Positions 30,067-44,790 are shown, counted from the first letter of the stretch. The stretch: DNA of 64,000 bases from Eledone cirrhosa (GCA_964016885.1 OZ024740.1:226610001-226674000), one strand, 5' to 3'. The notes: generated by a model from the letters alone, not told the origin. Made by a program: numbers and translations.

Positions 30067-30608
30067 ATCATCATCATCATCATCATCATCAACGTTTAAC
30101 GTCCGTGTTCCACGCTTGCATGGGTTTGGACGGGGGTAGTCCCACTTGAGGCAAGAGTGATTGTCTTGCTCGCATAGGACTGTCTGGCAGGTTTTCTACA
30201 GTTGGATGCCCTTCCTAACACCAACCACATTTACAGTGTGGGGCTGGGAGGTTTTTACCGTGTTGCCTACACGGCCACATTACAGCGTGGACTGTGTGTT
30301 TTTTTGTCGTGACACCTACACGATCTCATTTGTTTCGGCCTGGATGGCGCGGCACCAACATAACTTTACATAGGACGGGGTGGTGTGGATGGGGTGGGGG
30401 TGGTGGCGGGACGGGGTGTAGTTTGTTAGAGATGCCTACTGGCAAGGCGGGTCTTCTCTGTTACTGAGTACCGCCAAAGGTCACGGTCCAGTGACATTGT
30501 CTTGGAGAGGTGTAAGTGTGTGAGGTCGGAGTTTATCAGCTCATCCCATGTTTTTCTAGGTCTGCCTATTCCGTGGCTACCGTCTATCTTTATTGCCCTG
30601 CACTTTGT
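30067..30608 (-). mobile_element. RTE LINE 3' end (family B)
   Basis: KCRAIKIDGSHGIGRPRKTWDELINSDLTHLHLSKTMSLDRDLWR plus 3' UTR and (ATG)n tail. Confidence 0.85.
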
Positions 30609-30799
30609 AATATATATTGTATATATATATATATAAGCGTGTGTGTTTGTGTGTGCATTTGTGTATGTGCAGTGGAGTGGCATACTCATTAGAATGTCCG
30701 ATAGACTGCTTCACAACATTTACTTTGGTTCTCCACACCGTGGATTCAAATCCCACCATAGTCAACTTTGTTTTTTCATCAATTTTTTGGTTGAATAAA

Positions 30800-30982
30800 A
30801 TAATTGTTTCTACTTTTGGCTCAAGGCCAGCAATTATCCCAATGTATTACTGGTACTTTATTTTATCGACCCCGTAAGGATGAAAGGCAAAGTTAACCTC
30901 GGCGGGATTGGAACTCAGAATTTAAAGGGCCATAACTCTATGTTGCAAAGCATGGCGTCTGACGCTCTACCGATGCTGCCAA
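30800..30982 (-). mobile_element. SINE family C
   Basis: Matches 3525-3708. Confidence 0.8.
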
Positions 30983-31189
30983 TCCAATGGCATAGTACTG
31001 GGATGATTATTCCACTGTATATAACTTTCTCCCTGTCCATCCTCTCGCTCTCTCTCTCTCTAGAAGATCTCGGTTGTGTATAAGATCTGGAGGGGGTACA
31101 GGAGTCACCGGATTACCATCTCTCACTGTGGTGCACCTATTACCTCCACGAGGAATTGGAGGATCAGTAGCATCATATATATATATATA

Positions 31190-31520
31190 GGAGGCACATG
31201 GCTTAGCGGTTAGAGCATTGGCCTTGCAATCGAAAGGTTGTGAGTTCAATTCTCAGACCAGGTGATGTGTTGTTTCCTTGAGCAAGGCACTTTATTTCAC
31301 ATTACTCCAGTTTACTCAGCTGCAGAAATGAGATGATAGGGAGTGGGGTCCCTATCATTCCACTGCAAAGTGGTCGTGGAGGTGCCATGGCAAAAAAGCA
31401 CCCAGCACTCACTATAAATGAGGTTGGTGTTAGGAATGGCATCCAGCTGTAGAAATCAAGCCAGAATCAGTTCCCGTCCCACCCTTGCAAGCAGGGAAAA
31501 AGCGGACGTAAAATGAAATG
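31190..31520 (+). mobile_element. SINE family A
   Basis: Full-length copy. Confidence 0.9.
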
Positions 31521-31601
31521 AATGAATGAATGAATATATATATATATATATATACATATATGTGAGTGCATGTGTGTTTGTGTATATATATATATATATA
31601 T

Positions 31602-31643
<42 letters not shown>

Positions 31644-31668
31644 GTATATATGCACATATATATCAAAA

Positions 31669-32230
31669 TAGGGCGATCAAAATAGAAGGTAGCCACGGAG
31701 TAGGCAGACCGAGAAAAACCTGGGACGACTTGATACAGTCCAAACCTCACACACTTACACCTCTCCAAGACAATGTCACAGGACCGAGATCTTTGGCGCT
31801 ACACAGTAATACAGAAGACCCGCCTTGCCTAAGTACAAAGCGAAACCTACAGTCAGTAGGCACCTCTTAACCAAAATACACCCCCCCCCGTCCCACTAAC
31901 CCTACCACCACCGCCATCTACACCACTCCTTTCGATGTAAAGCTATGTTGGTACCACAACATCCAGTCCTAAATAAATGAGGTCGTGTAGGTGTCACGAC
32001 AAAAAAAAACACACAGTCCACGCTGTAATGTGGCCGTGTAGGTAACACGGTAAAAAACCTCCCAGTCCACACTGTAAACGTGGTTGAGGTTAGGAAGGGC
32101 ATCCAGCCATAGAAAACCCGTCAGGCAGTCCTATACGATCAAGACAACCAATCTTGCCTCAAGTGGGACAATTCCTGTCCAGACCACGTGGAAAATGGAC
32201 GTTAAACGATGATGATGATGATGATGATGA
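31669..32230 (+). mobile_element. RTE LINE 3' end (family B)
   Basis: RAIKIEGSHGVGRPRKTWDDL... plus UTR and (GAT)n tail. Confidence 0.85.
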
Positions 32231-32321
32231 TATATATATATATATATATGATAAATTCAGGACCCCGACGGCTGAGGTCTTGCTGTTATAAATATATATA
32301 TACACACACATTTATTTATAC

Positions 32322-32359
<38 letters not shown>

Positions 32360-32495
32360 TTATTTATACATTTATTTATATATATATATACACACATTTA
32401 TTTATACATTTAATTATATATATATATATATATATACACACACATTTATTTATACATTTATTTATATATATATATATACACACATTTATTTATAC

Positions 32496-32551
<56 letters not shown>

Positions 32552-32568
32552 TTATTTGTACATTTATT

Positions 32569-32615
<47 letters not shown>

Positions 32616-32625
32616 TTATTTATAC

Positions 32626-32671
<46 letters not shown>

Positions 32672-32929
32672 TTATTTATACATTTATTTATATATATATA
32701 TATACATATTTATTTATATGTATATTTTCATTGTTGAGCATTTAGTTGTTCACCCAACTGGGCTACCTGCTCATTGCATTAGTGTGGTAGGTAATTAGTA
32801 TTTGACAGACATGTGTACCTTTACCATTCTCCTCTGGCAGAATATGCTAGCCCTAAATATTGTTATACAGTAGGAGCAACCTGAAAATGCTGTGATTGCA
32901 ATGCAAATTTCTTACCCATTTGCTTATAT

Positions 32930-33016
32930 ATACAGGGTAGCCCCCACGCCTAAATATATAAACACTTCTACAGAATTCTAATAAAAGTGTGTATACATTT
33001 TTGGGGTGACACCCTT

Positions 33017-33018
<2 letters not shown>
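32930..33018. mobile_element. Tiny Tc1/mariner-type MITE
   Basis: TATACAGGGT...ATTCTAATAAAAGTGTGTATACATTTTTGGGGTGACACCCTTTATA; shares sequence with 9314-9398. Confidence 0.55.
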
Positions 33019-33091
<73 letters not shown>

Positions 33092-33117
33092 TATACATAT
33101 ATATATATTTATACATA

Positions 33118-33149
<32 letters not shown>

Positions 33150-33266
33150 CATATATATATATATGTATATACATATATATATATACAAATATATATATAT
33201 ATATCTACATGTATATATACACATATATATATATATATATTTATACATATATATATATACATCTCG

Positions 33267-33298
<32 letters not shown>

Positions 33299-33393
33299 TA
33301 TATATATATACATATATATAGAGAGAGAGAGGAAGAGGTGTGTGTGTGTGTGTGCATGTATAAAAATATATACTTATATATATTTAAGTACTG

Positions 33394-33518
<125 letters not shown>

Positions 33519-33961
33519 TATATTTATGTCTGTCTGTTTTTTCTATATCATAACAAATAATAACCAAAATATTTAAAGAAGCCGTACAATGAACAGAGTC
33601 AACTCACTCACCTTTTCTGATCAGCCGTATTTATCAATGGGCTGGCCTTTTTGATTTTACATAGAAAATTGACTATTTACAACCAAGTGGGTAACTGAAG
33701 ACATGTTAAGTATTTCCATATTATATATATATATATATAGATAGATATATATAGATATATAGATAGATATATATAGATATACATTTATAGATATATATTT
33801 ATAGATGTAGATAGATAGATATATATGTAATAGTTATCACATATATGTAACAAATACACACACACACACACATATATATACATATTTACATACATAAATC
33901 TTGGCTAGTAGGTAATATGAATGTTAAATGAAGATGATGATGATATCTATCTACATGTATG

Positions 33962-34013
<52 letters not shown>

Positions 34014-34529
34014 TCACAAGAATCAAAGCTATGTTCAAAGCATTTATTCACTTACAATTGTTTCATCCAAACCTAAGCTTGGAATCTTCAGAGCATTTTT
34101 CAATGTTTGTACACATAATTGACCTCCTTTCCAACGCAAGAGACATACAGTAACATATATATATATATTGATGTACAGTGGAGTGGCATATCTTATACTA
34201 TACTATTTTTGTACAGCAATTCAAATTCAAAATCAAAATCAAAATCAAAATTAAAATCAAAATCAAAATTAAAATACATTCGGCAGATAGCACAGATAAT
34301 GCAAGAGGATAGTTTGATAGTCAGGTCTAGTAGGTAGTGTATGCATTAGTTACACATGGAGCATGCAAGTGTGTTTCATTTCTATACTATTATTGTGTGG
34401 CAGGGTGTTACACGTAATGCAAGCACTTTAAGCTGGTAAGTGTTTAGGGTTTAAAAAATACATAACTATAAAAAGTTTTAATATATACATAACCAGAAAT
34501 AGTATCCCTAATATTATATATATATGTAT

Positions 34530-34564
<35 letters not shown>

Positions 34565-34565
34565 A

Positions 34566-34832
34566 GGCTTAGTGGTTAGAGAATTGGCCTTGCAATCGAA
34601 AGGTTGTCACTTCAATTCTCAGACCGGGTGATGTGTTTGTGTTGTTTCCTTGAGCAAGACACTTTATTTCACATTGCTCCAGTTTACTCAGCTGTAGAAA
34701 TGAGATGATAGGGACTGGGTCCATATCATTCCACGTGGAGGTGCCACGGCAAAAAAGCACCCAGCACTCACTGTAAATTAGGTTGGTGTTAGGAAGGGCA
34801 TCCAGCTGTAGAAATCAAGCCAGAATCAGTTC
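34566..34832 (+). mobile_element. SINE family A, partial
   Basis: Runs from the head to CAGAATCAGTT, with an internal deletion. Confidence 0.85.
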
Positions 34833-35043
34833 TGATATGAGCAAGATGAGGTCAGCCGGCTGGACACTGCTCACAACAGGACAATAAATTTGAAGACTAA
34901 AATCTAAGGGGTGAAAGCAGCAATTATTTGCTTAAACTTTAATCTGTTATTTTAATAAATATATATATATGTGTGTGTGTGTGTGTTTATATGTGTGTGT
35001 GTGTTTATATGTGTGTGTGTGTATATATGTGTGTGTATATATA

Positions 35044-35081
<38 letters not shown>

Positions 35082-35203
35082 CATATATACATATATATTA
35101 ACATTCACACACACACAGAGCCACATGTAAATATATATATATATATGTGTGTGTGTGTCTACATATATGTGTGTGTGTGTGTATATATATGTATATGTGT
35201 GTG

Positions 35204-35281
<78 letters not shown>

Positions 35282-35585
35282 TATATACATATATACATGT
35301 ATATTAACATTCACACACACACACACAGAGCCACATATATATATGTATATATATATATATATATATATGTGATTGTGTAGTATGGTATAAACTGGTGTAT
35401 CAAGTTGTGTCCCTTTCTATTTAAAGCCATTGTAAACATTCAATAAACAGAGATCAATAAAATAAGTACAAGACCAAAATGATCGACTAAAAACCTTGCA
35501 GCCAGTGTAACACCATGTTTACTATTTAATGAGAGAAACCTGTAAAAAGTTTATATACATTTATACACACACACACACACATATA

Positions 35586-36287
35586 TCATCATCATCATCA
35601 TCATCATCATCGCTTAACGTCTATCTTCCACGCTTGCATGGGTTTGGACGGGAATTTTCCCACTTGAGGCAAGATTGGTTGTCTTTCTCGTATACGACTG
35701 TCTGGCGGGTTTTGTATGGCTGGCTGGATGCCCTTCCTAACACCAACCACGTTTACAGTGTGGACTGGGAGGTGTTTACCGTGTTACCTACACGGCCACA
35801 TTACAGCGTGGACTGTGTGTTTTTTTTGTCGTGACACCTATACGACCTCATATATATATATCATCATCATCATCATCATCACCGTTTTACGTCCGTTCTT
35901 CTACGCTAGCATGGGTTAGACGGGTTGTCCTGTTGTGGGCAGTGTCTGGTCAGCTGACCATGCCTTGCTCATACAGGAACTGATCTGGCTTGATTTCTAC
36001 AGCTGGATGCCCTTCCTAACACCAACCTCATTTACAGTGAGTGCTGGGTGCTTTTTCGTGGTGCCTACACGTCCACTTTACAGTGTGGGCTGGGTGCTTT
36101 TTTGCCGAGGCACCTCCACGACCACCTTGCGGTGGGTGGTGTGGGGGCATATTGTCTATATGCTTCAGCTTGTACCCATGGGAGGTCAGGTACTCTGTAT
36201 TACTGCGTGACGCCAGAAGTCACGTTCGTGTGTCATTGTCTTTGAGAGGTGTAATTGGGTAAGGTCGGCTTTTATCACCTCATCCCA
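35586..36287 (-). mobile_element. Two adjacent RTE-type 3' ends (family B and a variant)
   Basis: Two (CAT)n tails at about 35586 and 35860. The second piece ends in WDEVIKADLTQLHLSKTMTHERDFWR. Confidence 0.75.
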
Positions 36288-36331
36288 TATATATGCATAT
36301 ATACACACACACATATATATACACACACATG

Positions 36332-36362
<31 letters not shown>

Positions 36363-36404
36363 GCATATATACACACACACATATATATATACACACACAT
36401 GCAA

Positions 36405-36453
<49 letters not shown>

Positions 36454-36459
36454 CCATAT

Positions 36460-36664
36460 GTGGTTGATTGCTGAAAGAAAAAAAGTATTCAATAAAGGAA
36501 TAAAGATTTAATCTTCATTTTATTAAGGCTAAATAGTAAGTCTTGTTACTTTGGAGTCTCACCTGTTTATCACAGGGTCATTAGACAACAACTCTTCTCT
36601 GATAATCCTGTGATAAACAGGTGAAAATCCAGAGTTACATGACCCATATTTCGTGCTAATAAAA

Positions 36665-36670
<6 letters not shown>
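36460..36670 (-). mobile_element. Older fold-back element with degenerate hammerheads
   Basis: Inner IR CACCTGTTTATCACAGG / CCTGTGATAAACAGGTG, outer IR TTCATTTTATTA / TAATAAAATGAA, and a TTGAATACT motif on the minus strand at ~36483. Confidence 0.6.
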
Positions 36671-36710
<40 letters not shown>

Positions 36711-36796
36711 TATATGATGCTGCCCCAGCATGACCTCAGCCTGTCGGCTGAAACATGTAGTGCAGTAATATATATCTCTTACTCTCTCTCTCTTCC

Positions 36797-36828
<32 letters not shown>

Positions 36829-37039
36829 CAGAGAGGGAGTGAGAGAAAGCAATGTTTTCTTATTATTATTATTAAATCCCGCCGAGGTTAACTTTGCCTT
36901 TCATCCTTACGGGGGTCACTAAAATAAAGTACTGGGTAATTGCTGGCCTTGTGCCAAAAATCGAAACAATTATTATTATTATTATTATTATTATTATTGC
37001 CAACCTATTCCTCAGAGGTTTGTTGTGGCACAGTCCTCA

Positions 37040-37520
37040 GACATGTCTTCCTGTGGGGTCTTATCAGAAGCAACTGTCTCCCCAAGTGAGTCTAACCAGC
37101 TTACAGATATAACCATCTTGCTCATAGTATACTTTTGGGTGTCTTGTCAGTTGGCTTTGTCTGAAAAAAATTAATCTTGCAATATTTTTCCTTCGGCATT
37201 CTTTTCACATGTCTATATTACCAGAATTATGATCTTTCATTGTGGAGAAGTAACAGCTCTACCAAGAGTGACTCCCATATTTTCAAGCTATACACCCTAT
37301 CAAGTAACATTACTCGAAAGATCCTTTGAAGGAAACCCATTTCAACCACTTTTAATCGGCGACCATATTTTTTCAGGCATTACCCTAAATTCATAACCAT
37401 ATGTAAGTGTAGGCATGAATATCAAATTTTTGATTGGAAGATTGGTTTTTACACCTATTTTCCTTCTTCTGATGGTTAGGTGCTATATTTGGATTATTAT
37501 TGTACCAGTTCCAGTAATTC
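37040..37520 (-). pseudogene. Decayed RTE LINE ORF2 fragment
   Basis: Minus-strand remnants IFMPTLTYGYE, VVEMGFLQRI and LLDRV, with stops and frameshifts. Confidence 0.55.
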
Positions 37521-37612
37521 TTGCTTGATAGTGATGTGTTTATATAGATTATTCAAATGAAATGCAGGATAACTATAATTGCATTAGATAGTTGTTTCAC
37601 CAGACTGTGGTG

Positions 37613-37651
37613 TGTCTGATGAGCAGCTGATGGCAAAACTTCAAAGTCACA
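37613..37651 (+). ncRNA. Degenerate hammerhead (GAAA changed to AAAA)
   Basis: TGT-CTGATGA-GC-AGCTGATG-GC-AAAA-CTTCAAAG-TC-ACA. Confidence 0.4.
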
Positions 37652-38059
37652 GTCATTCCACAATTCATTTGAAGAAAATTTCTAGATTTTACGTCAGTAT
37701 CAAGTTACTCATAAACACACACACACATAAATACACACACATTGTATGTGATGAATATGCTGGAGGTTTTAGCATTTGTCAGTACAATGTTGATTAAAAA
37801 GACTAGCAGTAATTTTATGAAAAGAGACAATACAATCATAGCCTCCCAAGGAATTAGATTATATATACATGTATGAACTATATAGCCATGTGTTTGTATA
37901 TATACATATCTATATCTATGTGTATCTATACATGTGTGCAGTATATGTATGCATGTATTAACCTATATTGCCATATAGTTTAACTCTGTCTAAAGCAAAA
38001 TGCCAATTTGGCACAAGGGATTATAAGTATGTGTGTGTGTGTGTGCGTGTGTGTGTGTG

Positions 38060-38158
<99 letters not shown>

Positions 38159-38356
38159 TATTTTCTTAATGACTAAGAACAATAAATATTAAGGGAAATA
38201 GTGACTCAATATATGATATAAAGTCAAGCCTTCTTCAGAAAAAGATTGCTATCACTGTCAGCTATTATTGATATATATATATAGATAGATAGATAGATAC
38301 ATACATACATACACACTTTTGCACATTACACACATACATACATGCATACACACATG

Positions 38357-38390
<34 letters not shown>

Positions 38391-38418
38391 CACACACACA
38401 CACATGCACACACACACA

Positions 38419-38509
<91 letters not shown>

Positions 38510-38661
38510 GCACATCTTCAGGATTTGCATATAGAATTTTGCGTGTATGTATAATATATCTTGTGAAATACAATGCTTTAGCTGTGGCCAAATAAACTGT
38601 ATATATGTATGTTTGTGTACTTACTTGTAGAATATTATTGCTCATTATTTTACCAATCCCC

Positions 38662-38844
38662 GGTGGATTGGCAGTATCGGTAGAGGGTCGGACGCCATGC
38701 TTTGATGCATAGAGTTACGGCCCTTGCTATTCTGAGTTCAAATCCCGCCGAGGTTAACTTTGCCTTTCATCCTTACGAGGTCGATAAAATAAAGTACCAG
38801 TAATGTACTGGGTAATTTCTGGCCTTGTGCCAATAGTAGAAACA
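38662..38844 (+). mobile_element. SINE family C, full length with target-site duplication
   Basis: Flanked by the direct repeat ATTATTTTACCAATCCCC (38644-38661 and 38845-38862); B-box GAGTTCAAATCCC. Confidence 0.9.
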
Positions 38845-38982
38845 ATTATTTTACCAATCCCCAAAGCCACAAAATGCACCCACAGTACAATCTAAGCCTC
38901 TCGTTGAGATAAATGAAATTGAATTCTGTAGCATATCAAGTATGGCACCTCAGTATGTAAATGCACATGGAACTCCATCAGT

Positions 38983-39230
38983 GGAGGCATGTGGCATAAT
39001 GGTAAGGGTGTTGGACTTATGATTATAACGTCATGGGTTCAATTTCTGGGCTGGGTTGTGTGTTGTTTTCTTGAGCAAAACATTTCATTTCACATTACTC
39101 CAGTATACTCAACTGAAAATGAGTACCAGCAATAACTAGTGGTTTAACCCTGCAATGGATTGGTGTCCTATCCAGGGGCAGTCGTGTACTCTCAGTCACT
39201 TCATGCCACAAAACCACGATATGCACCAGC
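38983..39230 (+). mobile_element. Older tRNA-derived CORE/V-like SINE
   Basis: GGAGGCATGTGGCATAATGG...GGTTCAATTTC...CTTGAGCAAAACATTTCATTTCACATTACTCCAG. Similar old copies at about 4790, 9870 (minus) and 58520. Confidence 0.65.
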
Positions 39231-39624
39231 GTGACAAGCCTCTTGGTTTGAGACAGACTTTGGTCTGAAGAGAACTCTATCGTTTTCATCATCATCATAC
39301 TCATCAATGTGCATCTGCTTTCGATGCTGGTATGAGTTGGGCAGTTCTTCATAGTCCAAGACTAGACTGGTGAAGGAAGCAATCTTCATGCTTATGTCCC
39401 ATATTTCACATGATTTCTATGGCTGGCTACTCTCCTTAACAGTCATCACATTACAGAATGTACATGGTGCATTTGATTGTAACACCAACACTACCACTTT
39501 ACAGAATGGAGTGGGTGCATTTTATTTGATCACCAACACTCTGTATATATACATATATATATATATATATACATATATACAGTGTGGTGTGAGTGCATTT
39601 TGTTGTAGCACCAACAATGTGTGG

Positions 39625-39703
<79 letters not shown>

Positions 39704-41162
39704 CATGTACACACACACACACACATATATATATAAATGTTATATATGGCTATAGCAATGCAGATCGATTATTAAATACAAAAAAAATGACAATATTTGT
39801 CTGTGTATATTCCATGCATTTTTATTGATTTCTATATTAAGTGGTTGAGTATTCCACAGAGACGTCATTATTACATCCGCTTTCAATGGTGGCATTGGTT
39901 GGACAGTTTGTGACAGTCTGAGTCAGTTCTGATTTTCTATTGCTCTTACATGTATCATAAAGGATATCCTCCAGCATAATGAATATAAAACAGCGGGTGA
40001 CAAAAGTGTTCCTTAGAATGACAGGGGCAGTCCATCCGACAGTCTGTGGTAGTTTTTGTCTATCCAATTTCATCATTGGTCATTGATTGACCCAAGGCTA
40101 TAGCAAAGGACACATACTCGCAATACCAAACAGTAGGATTACACCTGCAGGATATATTGATTATGTGGGACATAAACAAATGCCACTGATTATTTTGAAT
40201 AGTATTCATATGATACACACACATATGTACACTCATATACATGCATATGTATGTACATACATACATACATGCATACATACATATACTGCCTCAATACAAA
40301 TCTTGAGAAACTGGGCTTCACAGGAACAGAAAGAACACAACTAGTTAGGAAATTACAAGTACAATCCATTAATGGAACAGTAAAAATATGTAAAACATTC
40401 CAAAAATGTTGCATCTAATAACTGCATATACACATGTACAGATGCAAAGCATATACACATGCACACAGACAACTCAAAACATCCACATCCACACATACAA
40501 TAACATTCACTGCCAATTCACCGATGTCTATACTTTGCCAATGTATTGAGAACCTTTTAACTGTGGTTACCCACCGACACGACTGAGGAATCTACATATG
40601 TGTGTGTGTGAGAGTGTGTGTATGTGTGTTGTTCCTCATAGTTTTTATCTGCCATATTCAGCCACTAGATACTTGTCTTCTTTGTCAAATCCTCTTGCTT
40701 ACTAACCCAAGACACAACACAGTGGGATCAAGCCTAAGTGCTTATAGCTGCAAAGTGCATACTTTTTACCACTTGCCCTTCTCAGCATCTACACATCCGT
40801 TCATGTACACGTACATATAGGTTCTCCAGTAGCGTTTGTGAAAAATTTACTATCTTATTGTTTTTCAACTGCATGAGAGGTTTGAATAATTGATAGGAGA
40901 GAATAATGTACACAATTTGGTCTATTGGATATGAATGTTTCTAATACATTTGGACATGTTAGGACCGGAAATATTTGGTCAATATACCTTTCTACCATAT
41001 CTATCAATCTTTCTCTCCTTCTCTCCTTCTCACCCCGCCTCTCTCTCTCCATATATATATATATATATATGTGCGTGTGTGCGTGTGTGTATACATATGC
41101 TGATGTAGTATAGATATATAAGCAGATGGTTATATTATATCATATTACATTATATATATATA

Positions 41163-41361
41163 AGTAACACGGTAAAAAGTTCCCAGTTCCACACTGTAAA
41201 TGTGGTTTGTGTTAGGAAGGGCATCCAGTCGTAGAAAACCTGCCAGATAGTCCTATATGAGCGAGACACAGTCACCCAACCAACGTTGCCTCAAGTGGGA
41301 CAACTCCCATCTAACCCATGCTAGCGTGGAAAGTGGACGTTAAACGAGGATGATGATGATG
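41163..41361 (+). mobile_element. RTE family B 3' UTR fragment
   Basis: GTTAGGAAGGGCATCCAG...GGACGTTAAACGAGGATGATG. Confidence 0.75.
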
Positions 41362-41699
41362 TCGATATATATATATATATCATATTACATTATATATACA
41401 TCATATTACATTATATATATATATATATATATATATACTAGCAGTGTATCCCAGCATTGCATGGGTAAGAACATTAGTAATAGCACCTCCAATGAGAAAC
41501 GTTTATTTTTGGTAGTGCCTGGTAAAAACTCACGAAAATATACCAACAGGAAACTTGTTTTATTTGGAGAAAATTAAGAAGTTGAAAGTAAAGTTTAGCT
41601 GTCTACATACATTGTTCATAGAAATATTGTTGAGCCCTTTCTTTTCATACTCCTCTGTTTTGGCCTATTGGAGTAAATGTGAAAGAGAAAGTCACAGGT

Positions 41700-42090
41700 T
41701 AAGTTGGCAGAAGGTTCCAGTGTGATAGCAGTAAGGCGTAGACTACTTACCTCGGAAGTTCATTCGCACTCTTTCCACTAAGTTACTCTTTATCTCTATC
41801 CCTCTCGGTGCAGTTCCTTGCGAATTTCTCGCGTAGGCCTGGTGTAGATTTGCACCCGATCCATCTGCCTGGTGCACATGTCCGCTTTGTACGGCTTTGG
41901 AGGAAGGAGTGACCAGCAGTACGTTGTTCGGTATTATTATGAAAAGGTGTAGCAGAGAATCCCGCCTGAACTAACAGCTCGGGAGGAAACTGCTTACCTC
42001 GAAGATTCATTCTCCATCGTTCTTGTCAACTCTCCGTTTAGTTGGTATTTCTTGGTCTACAGTTAGATGAATGGCGCACAAAGGGTTAAT
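41700..42090 (-). promoter_or_regulatory. CpG-enriched unique patch with two ATG-plus-donor micro-exons; candidate 5' end of a minus-strand gene
   Basis: Locally GC/CpG-rich. The minus strand has ATGAACTTCCGAG|GTAAGT (41763-41751) and ATGAATCTTCGAG|GTAAGC (42010-41998). Confidence 0.45.
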
Positions 42091-42155
42091 GTTTATTGGC
42101 AAGAAGTTTTTTGAATAATAAAAGACGGGTTAAAGCGACCTACAATGTATCTGTG

Positions 42156-42196
<41 letters not shown>

Positions 42197-42213
42197 ATGT
42201 ATGCATATATATA

Positions 42214-42244
<31 letters not shown>

Positions 42245-42295
42245 GTATATGTGTTTGTATATGTATATATATATAGATATATAATGATAATCAAA

Positions 42296-42814
<519 letters not shown>

Positions 42815-43210
42815 CATATATATGTATATATATATATGTACGTATGTATAATGTAATATAACATAATATAGCCATCTGTTTATATAGTAGCATATATATT
42901 ATGGCATATATATATATAAGAAACTATAAATGTGCACAAATCATATATATATATGTGGGGACGTGTGTGTGAGTATGCATGTGTATATAATAAGCTATAA
43001 ATACTAAAGGAGTGACTACAAGTGCATCAGCATGAATTTCTTTGCCCTTCAGTCACTCCTGTAGTATTTTGAGCTAAAAGGATTATATGAATGTGTCTAT
43101 AGATACCCACACACATATATTTGTATAGATAGATAGATATAATCCTCACCACGACACCAAGTGGCTTCTGCTTGTGTGTTCAGCAAGCCTTTCCAATATA
43201 TATATATGTA

Positions 43211-43251
<41 letters not shown>

Positions 43252-43256
<5 letters not shown>

Positions 43257-43442
43257 AACGAGTAGGACCCCGACGGCTGAGCTCAAGCCATTTCGACGGC
43301 TAATTCTGGACATAATTAGCCGTCGAAACGGCTTGAGCTCAGCTGTCGGGGTCCTACTCGTTTCTATTACCACTCTACTACCCTAAGTATTGAGTACTTT
43401 GGTGCGTTATGGTCCACCTGGTTCCTTACCACATTTCCTTTG

Positions 43443-43444
<2 letters not shown>
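43252..43444 (+). mobile_element. Fold-back element, CCCCGAC family
   Basis: Arms span 43252-43367; the tail is nearly identical to 3300-3378. Confidence 0.8.
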
Positions 43445-43480
<36 letters not shown>

Positions 43481-43690
43481 GAATAAATATAGTTTTATAA
43501 ATATAGTTTACATTTATTTAATATCATTGTATATTATACTCCAGAAAAAACTTGTTGAGTGCTCTGAATCATTTATAAACATTTATATTTGTTGAATTAT
43601 CAACAAATTGAATATCCCTTCTGCTTATATATATATATATGTATATATGTGTGTATATATATATGTGTATATATGTGTGTATATATATAT

Positions 43691-43965
43691 ATATTAAAAT
43701 ATAAGTATTAATCAAATAGATGTTCTTTTGATCAATTACATTTTATTATACATATTTCGGATGTACAACACTACGTCATCATCAGACAAAATATAATGAT
43801 ACATGACATACCCTGAGATGTTAAATGGTTAAGATTTAATCAAAGTATTAATACTTATATTTTAATATTAATAACTCCTGAAAATTATTTTTCCCGTTGA
43901 GTGCTTCCAATCTACTGTAAAACTCATTCTTTGACATAATCATTGAATATTGTTTAACAATTTAA

Positions 43966-43970
<5 letters not shown>
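43691..43970 (+). mobile_element. Fold-back element with an antisense hammerhead and a TTGAGTGCT tail
   Basis: 22-bp IR ATATTAAAATATAAGTATTAAT / ATTAATACTTATATTTTAATAT; motif at 43897. Confidence 0.65.
43735..43797 (-). ncRNA. Type I hammerhead ribozyme
   Basis: Minus strand ATTATATTTTGT-CTGATGA-TGACGTAGTGTTGTACATCC-GAAA-TATGTA-TA-ATAAAATGTAAT, with a 12-bp stem I including G-U pairs. Confidence 0.7.
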
Positions 43971-44007
<37 letters not shown>

Positions 44008-44619
44008 GAGAGAAAATATAATTTATAGAAATATTGAAAGCCTCTAGATTTTTGGGACATTGATAGAGTACATTGATCCTAAAATCACAGGTGATATGCC
44101 CTTAACTATATCCAAGACCTAGATGAATATGATGGGTCAGTTCTTTCCTTTAAGCCATATTTACAAAACATATCTGCTATGTTGAACAAAGGAGGGGTAA
44201 GCAACACTCTTAATCCACTTCTACCTCCACTCAAAGTAATAAATGTAACTCAAACAATATATTCTGAGTATTTAGTATACCTATGGCTTCCTTGCTGCTT
44301 TCTTAGAACTTCAGCATATGTCAGCTAAAAATCTCTTATCGGAGAAAATTTTGTTTCATTTACACACACATATATATACATTTACAAACACACAAATATA
44401 TATATACATTTACAAACACACACACATTTATACACATACTGCTATAAAGATGTATCTACATTATCAGTGGCATATATCTTGGATAATACATCTAGGTAGA
44501 TACTCAATTTTGTTATACCCACACATATGCACACACTCACACATACACACATATATATCTTTTCCAAGAGATGTCAACATGAATGGACCTGTTATTTTTA
44601 TCTAAATACCTTTTTTTCC

Positions 44620-44790
44620 AATTCCACCCTTCCCGTCTCTTCAATCTATCTTATTTCTCATTCTTTCTTCTGATGAAGGACTATCATCCGAAACATTAAG
44701 CCCCTCTTCCTGGTATTTCAAACGTTAACCTAATATATTCCTTCCATATACTGTACCGATTGTATTGTTATTTCTGTTTACCTTTTACAT
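44620..44790 (+). mobile_element. Short dispersed repeat with a hammerhead-like core (second copy ~45750-45920)
   Basis: CTGATGA-AGGA-CTATCA-TCC-GAAACAT at 44670 and CTGATGA-AGGA-CTGGCA-TTC-GAAATGTTCAGAC at 45808. Both are followed by TTAA.CTAATATAT. Confidence 0.5.

Noticed and set aside
31190-31262. tRNA-like sequence (TGC anticodon-like loop)
   Set aside because: It is a SINE head: the acceptor and anticodon stems do not pair and it continues into the SINE body.
41436-41472. TACTAGCAGTGTATCCCAGCATTGCATGGG, a possible Helitron/Helentron-like terminus
   Set aside because: Only one degenerate end was seen and no partner terminus was found.
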